DNA of 64,000 nucleotides from Candidatus Woesearchaeota archaeon (GTDB lineage Archaea; Nanobdellota; Nanobdellia; SCGC-AAA011-G17; GW2011-AR18): NCBI GenBank assembly GCA_018302105.1, contig JAGWAD010000023.1, positions 10,405 to 74,404 of the forward strand, read 5' to 3'. Shown piece by piece: positions 19,119 to 28,362 of this stretch (position 1 is its first letter; each line of letters starts with the position of its first letter). The notes under the pieces were generated by a model. It saw only the letters and a program-made list of their open reading frames with translations, ran no database searches and was not told where the DNA came from. The position numbers and the translations under genes were made by a program.

Positions 19119-20072
19119 TTATTTTATCCTATTTCTGTTTATTAACCTAAAAATAAAACCTATAACCATAGATATATTATGTAAATAAGAAATAATAAAG
19201 AAATACAAAGAATAAAAACTATTTTCATACCCCTTCTTATAAGTCTTATAAAATAAAATTAAAGATTTGACTAATAAAGGAATTAAATGTAAGAATAAAG
19301 CAATAATAAATATTTTATTAATTAATGAAAGAATAATTATTAATGGAAATGCCAGAAAATAAAGCATTTTAATATTGAAGTCATTAGGATTATTTCCTTT
19401 AAGATATCCAATTTTATAACTATTTTTAATACTTAAAATAAATTCATCCTTCCACCTATGCCACCATAAGGCTTTAGGTTCATAGATGATATTATAACCA
19501 GAATTCATTATTCTTTTAGCCAGATCTATATCTTCACTATATGATTCTTTTATTCTGTATCCACCCACTTCATCATAAACTTTTTTAAATATAACCCATG
19601 CAGCAATTTTATTGTCTTTAATTTCTTTCTTAATATTTTCTATATCATCATATCTAAGTCTATATAAAGCATCTCTGTATTTAGAAATAAAATTATCTGG
19701 ATTCCAAACCCTTATTTTCCCAACAACACCTGCATTTTTTTTATTAAGGTGTTTTGTACAAAGCGATAAATAATTTTTAGCATATTTAGCATCAGCATCA
19801 ACTATAAATAAAATTTCTCCTGTAGAATGCTTTATGCCATGCAATCTAGGTCTTACACAGCCATAATTCTTGATATGTTTTATTCTATAATATTTTACAA
19901 ATTTAAATCTTTTTGCAAAACTCTGTGCTACTTTCTCTGAACCATCATTACTGCCATCATCTATAACAATAAGTTCTTTATTTTTATAATCCTGATTTAC
20001 CAAACTTGTTAAACATTCATTTAATGTATTGATTTCGTTTCTAAATGCACAGATTATTGATACCTTTTCCAT
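19119..20072 (-). CDS. Family 2 glycosyltransferase (GT-A) with C-terminal TM helices
   Basis: VSIICAFRNE...ELIVIDDGSNDGS, then DxD-type VDADAKYAKN. Three C-terminal TM segments. Confidence 0.8.
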   Translation of the reverse strand: MEKVSIICAFRNEINTLNECLTSLVNQDYKNKELIVIDDGSNDGSEKVAQSFAKRFKFVKYYRIKHIKNYGCVRPRLHGIKHSTGEILFIVDADAKYAKNYLSLCTKHLNKKNAGVVGKIRVWNPDNFISKYRDALYRLRYDDIENIKKEIKDNKIAAWVIFKKVYDEVGGYRIKESYSEDIDLAKRIMNSGYNIIYEPKALWWHRWKDEFILSIKNSYKIGYLKGNNPNDFNIKMLYFLAFPLIIILSLINKIFIIALFLHLIPLLVKSLILFYKTYKKGYENSFYSLYFFIISYLHNISMVIGFIFRLINRNRIK

Positions 20073-20237
20073 TGTAAAAGAATTAGCAATATTAAGTTTA
20101 TAAGCATTGCCTCAATCACAAAAAATCTATATTGAAGAATAATCATCACTGATATGAATTTAAAATTATTTGATTTCATCAGACAAAACACGTATGAAGA
20201 AGATTTTGTAAGTTAAATAAAATGTCATTTTTAAGAA

Positions 20238-21275
20238 TTAATTAAATAATGAAATAAACCAAATAATCACTTTTTGTAATAACCCATTTTTCTGTAAATC
20301 ATCCTCTTGTTGTGCCTCAGCTCTTTCTTGTTGTTCAGTTTTTTCTGATTGTCCTGAAGAAGTTTTATCTACTAAGGTTCTGCATTTCTCCTCACCAATG
20401 AATTGTCCATTTGTTATGCATTCTTCAGGCGGTCCATTGTCTTCAGGTTTACCTCCTTTTGGAACATTCATTAGTTCACGAATTTCTTTTCTAATTATTT
20501 TTTCAGATTCTATATTAGTGTTTATTATTGTAACTTTTGATTTATCAGAACATCCGCCTTCAATATTAGGATGAACTTCATGGAAATGTTCACAATTAGT
20601 TATGCCCTTATCATAAATGGCAACCCTTCTTAATTTTTTTAGATTATCAAGAGAAGCTAAATTACCATAAAATTTAGAACTGTCTGTTTCTGGATCAGAT
20701 AATGTTAATTCTTCTAAGTTAGTCAACCCGCTTAAAGCAGAAATATTTCCAGTAATGTTTGTCCCACTTAGATATAATGCTTTTAAATTTGTCATATGAC
20801 TTAAATCAGAAAGGTCTCCTGAAATTTTAGTATAAGTCATAGCAAAGGTATCTAAATTTATGTCTTTCAAACAAAAAATATTACCATAAATTTTCTCATC
20901 AAAAGCTAATTTTAAACTTTTTAATTCAGTAGCCTTGCTAAAAACACAAATATCCCCGTAAACATTTGGATTAGTGTGTAAATTTAAGACTTTCAGATTA
21001 GTTAATTCTCTTAAGTTTTCTAAATCTCCGGAAATCCCTTGATTATAAAAATCAGCAAATTCTAGGCATGTTAACTCTTTTAATTGCCCTAAATCTTTTA
21101 CAACTTTTGAATCAGTTATACGTACAAATTTCTCATTAATATATTCTGCTTTTTTTCCTGGTTCATGATAAGTATAACCAAATTCAGTTTTAATGTCTTT
21201 ATATTCACAAATCTCTTGGGCAAAAACAGAATTAATAAAAATTAATAATGCTAAAATTAAAATTGTTTTCTTCAT
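20238..21275 (-). CDS. Secreted leucine-rich-repeat (LRR) protein with C-terminal anchor
   Basis: Signal peptide, Cys-rich cap, LRR units (LTNLKVLNLHTN, LKSLKLAFDE, MTNLKALYLSGTNITGNISALSGLTNLEELTLSD), acidic Q/E-rich linker, C-terminal hydrophobic VIIWFISLF. Confidence 0.6.
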   Translation of the reverse strand: MKKTILILALLIFINSVFAQEICEYKDIKTEFGYTYHEPGKKAEYINEKFVRITDSKVVKDLGQLKELTCLEFADFYNQGISGDLENLRELTNLKVLNLHTNPNVYGDICVFSKATELKSLKLAFDEKIYGNIFCLKDINLDTFAMTYTKISGDLSDLSHMTNLKALYLSGTNITGNISALSGLTNLEELTLSDPETDSSKFYGNLASLDNLKKLRRVAIYDKGITNCEHFHEVHPNIEGGCSDKSKVTIINTNIESEKIIRKEIRELMNVPKGGKPEDNGPPEECITNGQFIGEEKCRTLVDKTSSGQSEKTEQQERAEAQQEDDLQKNGLLQKVIIWFISLFN

Positions 21276-21475
21276 TCTAACAACATTTTATTTAATGATG
21301 AACTACTTATTAAACATTTCTCAAAATATAAATTATGAGTTTATACCTCACATTTTTTGATGAATAATAAACCAAGTAATTTTAAGGATAATTGTAGTTT
21401 AATACAAATTTAGAGCATATTATTGATATGAAGTTTAAAAGTAAAGAATAAAAATAGAAACCAATAGTTAAAAAT

Positions 21476-23242
21476 ATGAAAAACCAGATTTATTTTATAA
21501 TATTATTTACAATATTTACACTTATTGTGTTTCCTGGATATGGTGTGTTCGGAGGAGATCATTTCATATATATACCACAAATATACAAATCTATTGATAC
21601 AGGATTATATACTAATGACCCATTACTAGATTTCAGCCAGACATCATTAACACGTTTTAGTGACATTATTATAAAATCTATGGAATTTACAAACCTAAAC
21701 ATATTTTTCATTCTAATAATTTTAGCTTTTATAACTAGAATTATATATATTTATTCAATATACAAAATTTCTTTTTACATAACAAATAATGAGAAATTCA
21801 GTTTATTCTCAAGTTTCTTATTAACTGGTGGCTTAATAATTTATGGAACTATGATTACAACTTTTGATGTATTAATTCAGCCAAGATCAATAGCATTATC
21901 ACTTTGTTTATTATTTCTAGTATTTTTCTTTAATAATAAAAAATTGTTTTCAACAATCCCATTAAGCTTGAGTATATTCATGCAGCCAATGACTTCTCTG
22001 CCTTTTTTAGCATTCTTCTATATTGCATTAATGTTAAAATTTATTAAAGATCACAAAATAAATAAAAGTATAATAATTTCAGCATTAATACCAATTATAT
22101 CAGGAATATTATTTTTAGCAGGAATAAAAGGAAATGCAAATCTAAGCTTATTTGGAATAATAAGTCCGGCATGGGAAGAAGTAATAAGGTTTAGAAACCC
22201 AAGTTTTATTTTAGATTGGTCTTATACTTCATTTATTTATTTAATAATAAGTCTTGTTCTTTTTACAGTCATTTATTATAAAAAAGAAGAAATCTTTAAA
22301 TCAGATAGAGAAAAGAAATATAATATACTAATGTTAATCTTGATTCCATTTGCTTTGTTTATTCTGTCTTTTATAACTGTTGATTTAGCAAAGCTGCAAT
22401 TATTCCAGCAATTCCAGTTAGCAAGGTCATTGATAATTTCAAAAATGTTAATAACTATCCTATTTGCATATTTTGCTTATAATAAAATAAAGGAAAATCC
22501 AAAAAACTTTATTTTAAATTTTATACTAACAGGTATAATCATTGCAACTTTAATAAAAGAAATTATGTTAATAATATTTATTCCAGCATTGCTTTTAATT
22601 TTAATTGAAGAAAAATATAATTTATCAAAAAAAATAAGTTTTATTAAGAAAAAACAATTCACTGTTGCTTCTATAATAATTCCTTCATTAGGATTATTAT
22701 TAGCTTTATTTATCTTAGGATTAACAGATAGGATAATTTATTTAATGATAGCAATAGCATTGACAATTCTAATAACCAGTTTATTATATAAAAATAAAAT
22801 GAGAATTAATTATAAGCATATAATTGTTGCTATTATAATCTTAATTATCATCTTTATACCAAAATTTACTATATTTCCAAAATATTACCAGGATAAAGAA
22901 TTTATGGAAGCATGTAGTTGGATTAAAGAAAATACTAATAAGTCAGATACATTTATAGCCCAGCCATTTAGCAATATGAGTGGCTCGATAAGGACAGAAT
23001 GTTTCAGACCATTATTCGCATCAGGAAAAGATGGAGGACAATCTGCATTTAATGAAGAATATGCTCTTGAATGGAAAAAGAGATTTAATCTAATTAATGA
23101 ATTAAGTAATAATAAAAATTTAATTTATAATATATCAAAAGAATACAATATTAAATATATAATATCAGATTCAGACATAAGTTTAGATTATAAAATATCA
23201 TTTAACAACACAAAATATTTTATATATAAAACAGAATCTTAA
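21476..23242 (+). CDS. Polytopic membrane protein, putative GT-C-fold glycosyltransferase
   Basis: 588 aa, about 12 TM helices then a C-terminal soluble domain. Acidic GGDH motif just after TM1. No firm family call. Confidence 0.45.
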   Translation: MKNQIYFIILFTIFTLIVFPGYGVFGGDHFIYIPQIYKSIDTGLYTNDPLLDFSQTSLTRFSDIIIKSMEFTNLNIFFILIILAFITRIIYIYSIYKISFYITNNEKFSLFSSFLLTGGLIIYGTMITTFDVLIQPRSIALSLCLLFLVFFFNNKKLFSTIPLSLSIFMQPMTSLPFLAFFYIALMLKFIKDHKINKSIIISALIPIISGILFLAGIKGNANLSLFGIISPAWEEVIRFRNPSFILDWSYTSFIYLIISLVLFTVIYYKKEEIFKSDREKKYNILMLILIPFALFILSFITVDLAKLQLFQQFQLARSLIISKMLITILFAYFAYNKIKENPKNFILNFILTGIIIATLIKEIMLIIFIPALLLILIEEKYNLSKKISFIKKKQFTVASIIIPSLGLLLALFILGLTDRIIYLMIAIALTILITSLLYKNKMRINYKHIIVAIIILIIIFIPKFTIFPKYYQDKEFMEACSWIKENTNKSDTFIAQPFSNMSGSIRTECFRPLFASGKDGGQSAFNEEYALEWKKRFNLINELSNNKNLIYNISKEYNIKYIISDSDISLDYKISFNNTKYFIYKTES

Positions 23243-23281
23243 ATTAATAAAGTATTTAAAAGTATTGTAGTTAATCAATTT

Positions 23282-24940
23282 ATGAAGACAAAAAAATTAA
23301 TTTATAGTATAATAATTATTACTATAATAAAATTTATTTTCACTCTATTTATCAGCACACCAACAATTTATTCAGATGAATACGTTTACATTAAAACAGC
23401 CCAGAGTTTCTTCCAGAATTTAAATTTCGATGTACACAACTTAAGAATCTTAAATTATCCTCCGTTTTATTCCATCTTGCTGTCAATTACATTTATTTTC
23501 AATGATGTAAAAATAGCTTATATATTCATGAAACTATTGAATGCAATATTCTCATCATTAATTTTTATACCTGCTTATTTAATATCAAGGGATTTTTTAG
23601 ATGAAAAAAAATCAACATTGGTTTCATTAATTATAGCAATATTACCCATGAGTTTTGCTTTTACGCCATATATAATGTCAGAAAATATATTTTATACATT
23701 ATTTTTATTTTCAATTTACTTCATATACAGGTCTTTTACTGAAAAAAAATATATTTATGATATACTTGCAGGAATTTTTATAGGATTATGTTTCTTAACA
23801 AGATTCGCAGGAGTATCATTAGTATTTATAGTAATTGCCTTGTTTATATACAAACTAATAAAAAAAGAATATTCAGAAATAAATAAAAAATTAGTTATGG
23901 GATTAATTGTTTTACTGGTAATATTTCCATGGATTATAAGAAATATAATTAATTTCGGATTTTCAATATCAGGATTTCTTGGCCATTATACAGGAGAAAT
24001 AACAAATCAAAGCACATATTATTTTAGAAGCTTAATGTTCTGGATAATTACTTATTTAAGCTACTTATGGATTGCAGCATTAATAATATTTCCAGTATTC
24101 TTATTATCAAATTTAAAAGAGAAATTTAAGGACCCAAAAATGAAAATTTTATTATTGCTGACTTTTATAACAATAACTATAGTGATTTTTGGAGCATCCC
24201 AGCATGCAGCTAAAGGATATGTAAAAGAAAAATTGTTAATTCCAGAAATTAATGGAAGATCAATAGGAAGATATGTTGACACTGCCTTACCCATAATAAT
24301 AATTCTGGGATTAATCAGTTACTATAAATATAACAATAAAAAACAAATAAAAAAATTATTTTTAATATCAGCAATACCTGCAATAATAAGTTCACAATTA
24401 TTATTTTTTAAATTATTCCCTGTAAATAATATATCACTTACATTATTTGGTGTTATTGATTTTATTATAGAAACACTAATCAACAAAATTACAGCCATAA
24501 TAATAGTTACAATTTTAATATTGATATTAATCGCAATAGCCTGCAAATTATACAATAATAAAAAACTAATTCCAATAATATTTTTAATATTTATATTAAC
24601 AGGAATAACAAGTTTAGCAATTACATCTTATAGTTCTAAGATTTGGGAAAATAACCCTCAAGTAAAATTAAGTGAGTGGATAAATGATAACATCCCAAAA
24701 ACAGCTAAAATCCTGATTGATGAAGATTATTGTGGAATTTTCAATAAGGAAAATATTGATGTTTTATGCCCTAAAGGAAAATCAACAGCATTGACAGCAT
24801 TATGGATTACTAATACAGTATTCATAGATAAAATAAATTCTAATAATTATGATTATATCATAACTAAAAAACAATTAAGCTTAGAAGTTATTAAAAAAAC
24901 AGAAAATGATATATACCTGTATAAAACAAAGACAATATGA
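23282..24940 (+). CDS. GT-C-fold membrane glycosyltransferase, PMT/ArnT-like (GT39/GT83-type)
   Basis: 552 aa, polytopic. YSDEYVYIKTAQSF directly after TM1 matches the loop-1 DE motif of protein-O-mannosyltransferase/ArnT enzymes. C-terminal soluble domain. Confidence 0.6.
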   Translation: MKTKKLIYSIIIITIIKFIFTLFISTPTIYSDEYVYIKTAQSFFQNLNFDVHNLRILNYPPFYSILLSITFIFNDVKIAYIFMKLLNAIFSSLIFIPAYLISRDFLDEKKSTLVSLIIAILPMSFAFTPYIMSENIFYTLFLFSIYFIYRSFTEKKYIYDILAGIFIGLCFLTRFAGVSLVFIVIALFIYKLIKKEYSEINKKLVMGLIVLLVIFPWIIRNIINFGFSISGFLGHYTGEITNQSTYYFRSLMFWIITYLSYLWIAALIIFPVFLLSNLKEKFKDPKMKILLLLTFITITIVIFGASQHAAKGYVKEKLLIPEINGRSIGRYVDTALPIIIILGLISYYKYNNKKQIKKLFLISAIPAIISSQLLFFKLFPVNNISLTLFGVIDFIIETLINKITAIIIVTILILILIAIACKLYNNKKLIPIIFLIFILTGITSLAITSYSSKIWENNPQVKLSEWINDNIPKTAKILIDEDYCGIFNKENIDVLCPKGKSTALTALWITNTVFIDKINSNNYDYIITKKQLSLEVIKKTENDIYLYKTKTI

Positions 24941-25818
24941 AAATAATAATCTGCATACCAGCTTATAATGAAGAAGAGAATATTGGCAAAACAATAGAAG
25001 AAATAAAAAATTCAATGAATAAAACTAAGTACAATTATCAAATACTGGTTTTAGATGATGGAAGTATTGATCATACTATTAAAATAGCAAAAAAAGCAAA
25101 TGTCTTAGTTGAATCAAATTCACATAATATTGGATTAGCAGAAACATTCAAAAAAGAAATTAAAAAAGCTTTAGAATTAAAAGCTGATGTTATAGTTCAT
25201 ACAGATGCAGATGGCCAATACAATGCTAAATATATACCAGGATTAATTAATGAAATTGAAAATGGATATGATTTAGTATTAGGTTCTAGGTTTATAGAAA
25301 AAAATAAAGTAATGCCATTTATGAACCAGTTTGGAAATAAAAGTTTTGCAAAGGTTCTTTCAAGACTTCTAAAAGTAAAATTAACAGATACAACAACAGG
25401 CTTCAGGGCATTTACCAGAGAAGTTGCAGAAAATATACAGTTTATTAATACATTTACTTATACTCAGGAGCAGATTATAAAAGCAGCAAAGCAGAATTTC
25501 AAAATTAAGGAAATACCAATAAATGCAAGAATTACAAAAAGAAAAAGCAGATTATTTAAGAACCCATTTGAATATGCAATAAAAGCATGGATAAATATCT
25601 TAAGGATTTATAGGGATTATGAACCATTAAAATTTTTTGGCAGGATAGGATTTACTCTAATTATTATAGGTATAGTAATAGGATTATGGCTTACATATTT
25701 ATTTATAACTAAAGGAAAAGTGGGGCATATTCCACTTACAATCTTAACAATGTTACTAATAATTGCAGGCATACAGATAATTATATTTGGCTTTTTAGCA
25801 GATATGAGAAAATTATGA
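24937..25818 (+). CDS. Polyprenyl/dolichyl-phosphate glycosyltransferase (GT2; Dpm1/GtrB/ArnC-like) with two C-terminal TM helices
   Basis: IIICIPAYNEEENIGKTIEEI, VLDDGSIDHT, HTDADGQY, two C-terminal TM helices. ATGA start overlaps the upstream GT-C stop. Confidence 0.8.
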   Translation: MKIIICIPAYNEEENIGKTIEEIKNSMNKTKYNYQILVLDDGSIDHTIKIAKKANVLVESNSHNIGLAETFKKEIKKALELKADVIVHTDADGQYNAKYIPGLINEIENGYDLVLGSRFIEKNKVMPFMNQFGNKSFAKVLSRLLKVKLTDTTTGFRAFTREVAENIQFINTFTYTQEQIIKAAKQNFKIKEIPINARITKRKSRLFKNPFEYAIKAWINILRIYRDYEPLKFFGRIGFTLIIIGIVIGLWLTYLFITKGKVGHIPLTILTMLLIIAGIQIIIFGFLADMRKL

Positions 25819-26726
25819 ATACAAAAATAAAAAATCTTATAAAATTTACAATAGGAATAATCATACTATTCACACTAATCTATAAGATAGGAATTTTAGA
25901 TATTTTTAATGCAATAAAGACAGCAAACATATATTATACAATTCCAATTATAATTATTTATCCAATAATAATGTTAATGGGTGCAATTAATATCAAATTA
26001 CTTTTAAATAAATACAAAAATATATCTATTAAGACCATATGGAAATATCAATTAATAAGTTATACTTTAGGTTTATTTAGTTTCGGAAATTTAGGAGAAT
26101 TCTATATTATCAGATTATTAAAAAAGGAAGGTATAAGTATTGATCAGGGTTTAACAATTGCTCTTTTAGACAAAATAATAACTGCAGCTACATTAGCAAC
26201 TATAAGTATAATAGGCTCAATTTTCTTATTTAAAAATATTATAGACCCAATTAAATTAGTAATTTCAGCAATAATTATTTTTATCTTGGGAATTATAATA
26301 ATTTCAGATATTGGGAAAAAATTAATAAAATTAATAATAAAATCAAAAAAAGTAGATTTGATATATTCAACAATACATGAATACTTAAAATATGGAAAAA
26401 AAGAAATAATAATAAATTTTTTAATTTCAATGGCAAAATGGTTTATAACAGCAATAGGAATAAAAATATTAATCTTAGGCTTTGGATATAATATTAATAT
26501 ATTAATAGTCTTGGTAATAACCTCTATATCCAGATTTATTTCACTCTTGCCAATAACATTTAATGGCATAGGAGTAAAGGAAGCTATAGCAGTAACACTA
26601 TACACGCCTTATCTGATCCCAAGAGAAGTTATATTAAGTGTTTATTTGATCTATCTCATAATAAATTATGCAACAGCCTTAATAGGTTTGCTTATTGGGG
26701 CTTTAAACTTCAAGAAGATAGATTAA
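25815..26726 (+). CDS. Flippase-like polytopic membrane protein (LPG-synthase-TM / UPF0104-like)
   Basis: 303 aa, about 8 TM helices, translationally coupled (ATGA) to the Dpm1/GtrB-like gene. The family assignment is a judgement from architecture and context. Confidence 0.5.
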   Translation: MNTKIKNLIKFTIGIIILFTLIYKIGILDIFNAIKTANIYYTIPIIIIYPIIMLMGAINIKLLLNKYKNISIKTIWKYQLISYTLGLFSFGNLGEFYIIRLLKKEGISIDQGLTIALLDKIITAATLATISIIGSIFLFKNIIDPIKLVISAIIIFILGIIIISDIGKKLIKLIIKSKKVDLIYSTIHEYLKYGKKEIIINFLISMAKWFITAIGIKILILGFGYNINILIVLVITSISRFISLLPITFNGIGVKEAIAVTLYTPYLIPREVILSVYLIYLIINYATALIGLLIGALNFKKID

Positions 26727-27269
26727 ATGTCTTGTAAAAATAAAATTATTGCATGGCCAAAAAGGTAAGAAAAAACTCCCTTTAACTTTTTTTATCTTAA
26801 TATTCAAGTCTTCGCATTGTCTCCAGACATTTGAATATATGAAACTATTAATATGTCCTTGTTTATCAGGCCTTTTTAGTATGTGTTTAATAACGTCCCT
26901 GTAATGATAAGGATTTGGAACAGAAATAATTACATATTTCTTACTTACTCTTTTAAGTTCACTTAAGACTTTAAATGGGGCATGTATATGTTCAAGAACT
27001 TCTAAGCAGAATACATAATCAAATGATTTATCTTTAAAAGGAAGTTTTTGTTCATTAAGATCAATTTTTATAACCTTTTTATCTTTTGGTTCTAAATCTA
27101 CAGCATTATACTTAATATCTTTAGGTAAATATTTGGAAAGTTGCATTTCCCTGCAGCCAACATCAAGCACATTCATACCTAAAGAAAAATTGCATAGCTT
27201 CATTATTTTTTTAAATCTTATTTCCAAACTTTTTTTAAACATCCAGGAATTAGTCATATTTAGATGCAT
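26703..27269 (-). CDS. Class I SAM-dependent methyltransferase
   Basis: Motif I VLDVGC, motif II-like FDYVFCLEVLEHI, 188 aa. Confidence 0.7.
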   Translation of the reverse strand: MHLNMTNSWMFKKSLEIRFKKIMKLCNFSLGMNVLDVGCREMQLSKYLPKDIKYNAVDLEPKDKKVIKIDLNEQKLPFKDKSFDYVFCLEVLEHIHAPFKVLSELKRVSKKYVIISVPNPYHYRDVIKHILKRPDKQGHINSFIYSNVWRQCEDLNIKIKKVKGSFFLPFWPCNNFIFTRHLIYLLEV

Positions 27270-28362
27270 GAATTAACCTTTTATATTCCTTTGCATAAGC
27301 TTTAGCACAATCATCCCAGTCATTAAGTTTTATATTTTTACTATTTTTTAAAAGCTTGGAAAAGGTTTTATTATCTAAAATTTTGATTATTTTATTATAA
27401 ATATCTTTAGGATCTTGTTTGTTAATGAAAAATCCATCTTTACTATCATTAATTAAATCTTCAGCCCAGCCAACTTTAGTGGAAATAATTGGCAAACCAC
27501 AAGATCTTGCTTCAAGCAATACATTACCTCCTGTTTCATTAAGGCTTGGCAAGACAAACACATCTGAAGCAAGCATATAATCAAATACTTCATTCTGGAG
27601 TTTTTCTCCTAAAAAAATTATTTTCTCATTGTCCAATTTAAGTCTTTCAGCATAATCTCCCCTGCCAATAATAATTAAGTAAACATTTTTGTATTCCAGA
27701 ACAATTTTATTAAAAGCTTCAATAAGATATTGTATTCCTTTTTTTTTATCTATTCTGCCAACATATAAAAAAATCTTATCAGCTTTAGGTAATTTTAATT
27801 TAGTTCTCAATGAATTTTTATCTTTTTTTTCTATATTATCAACACCATTCATTATTACCTTAACATTATTAATATTATATTTATTATATAACAACTTCTT
27901 AGAAAAATTACTAATAAGTACTAAAGAATCTACATGAGAATAAATAAATTTATTTAACATTATCAAAAATTTATTATCTGTCATTAACATAAAACTGCTT
28001 CTCTCAGTCAGTAATATTTTTCTTTTATAAAAAGGCTTAGTCAATAATGCTAAAAATGCAGTCAGTCCCCAGTTTGCATGAATTATATCACATTTTGGAA
28101 CATTAAATAAAATTTTAAGATATAAATGAATAAAATAAATGGAAAAAATAAATCTTGCCATCCATGAATGATTAAGTTTTTCAATTATGCCTGCACCAGA
28201 AATTAAGGAATCATATCCTTTAAGAGTAATTAAGTTTACATTTATATAATTTTTCAGAGATTTAACTAATTTATAGATAAATATTCCACGTAAGTCTCCT
28301 AAATAGGAAGGATAAGAAGTCGTAAGCATAGCAACAGAGATTTTATTTTTCATTTTTAACAA
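27250..28362 (-). CDS. Family 4 glycosyltransferase (GT-B)
   Basis: ETGGNVLLEARSCGLPIISTKVG (EX7E motif region), 370 aa. Confidence 0.75.
   Translation of the reverse strand: MLKMKNKISVAMLTTSYPSYLGDLRGIFIYKLVKSLKNYINVNLITLKGYDSLISGAGIIEKLNHSWMARFIFSIYFIHLYLKILFNVPKCDIIHANWGLTAFLALLTKPFYKRKILLTERSSFMLMTDNKFLIMLNKFIYSHVDSLVLISNFSKKLLYNKYNINNVKVIMNGVDNIEKKDKNSLRTKLKLPKADKIFLYVGRIDKKKGIQYLIEAFNKIVLEYKNVYLIIIGRGDYAERLKLDNEKIIFLGEKLQNEVFDYMLASDVFVLPSLNETGGNVLLEARSCGLPIISTKVGWAEDLINDSKDGFFINKQDPKDIYNKIIKILDNKTFSKLLKNSKNIKLNDWDDCAKAYAKEYKRLIHASKYD

Noticed and set aside
20149..20182. Imperfect inverted repeat CTGATATGAA ... TTCATCAG between the GT2 and LRR genes
   Set aside because: The arms are short and mismatched (2-nt bulge) in a spacer where such matches are expected by chance in AT-rich DNA. 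Not reported as a terminator or regulatory hairpin.
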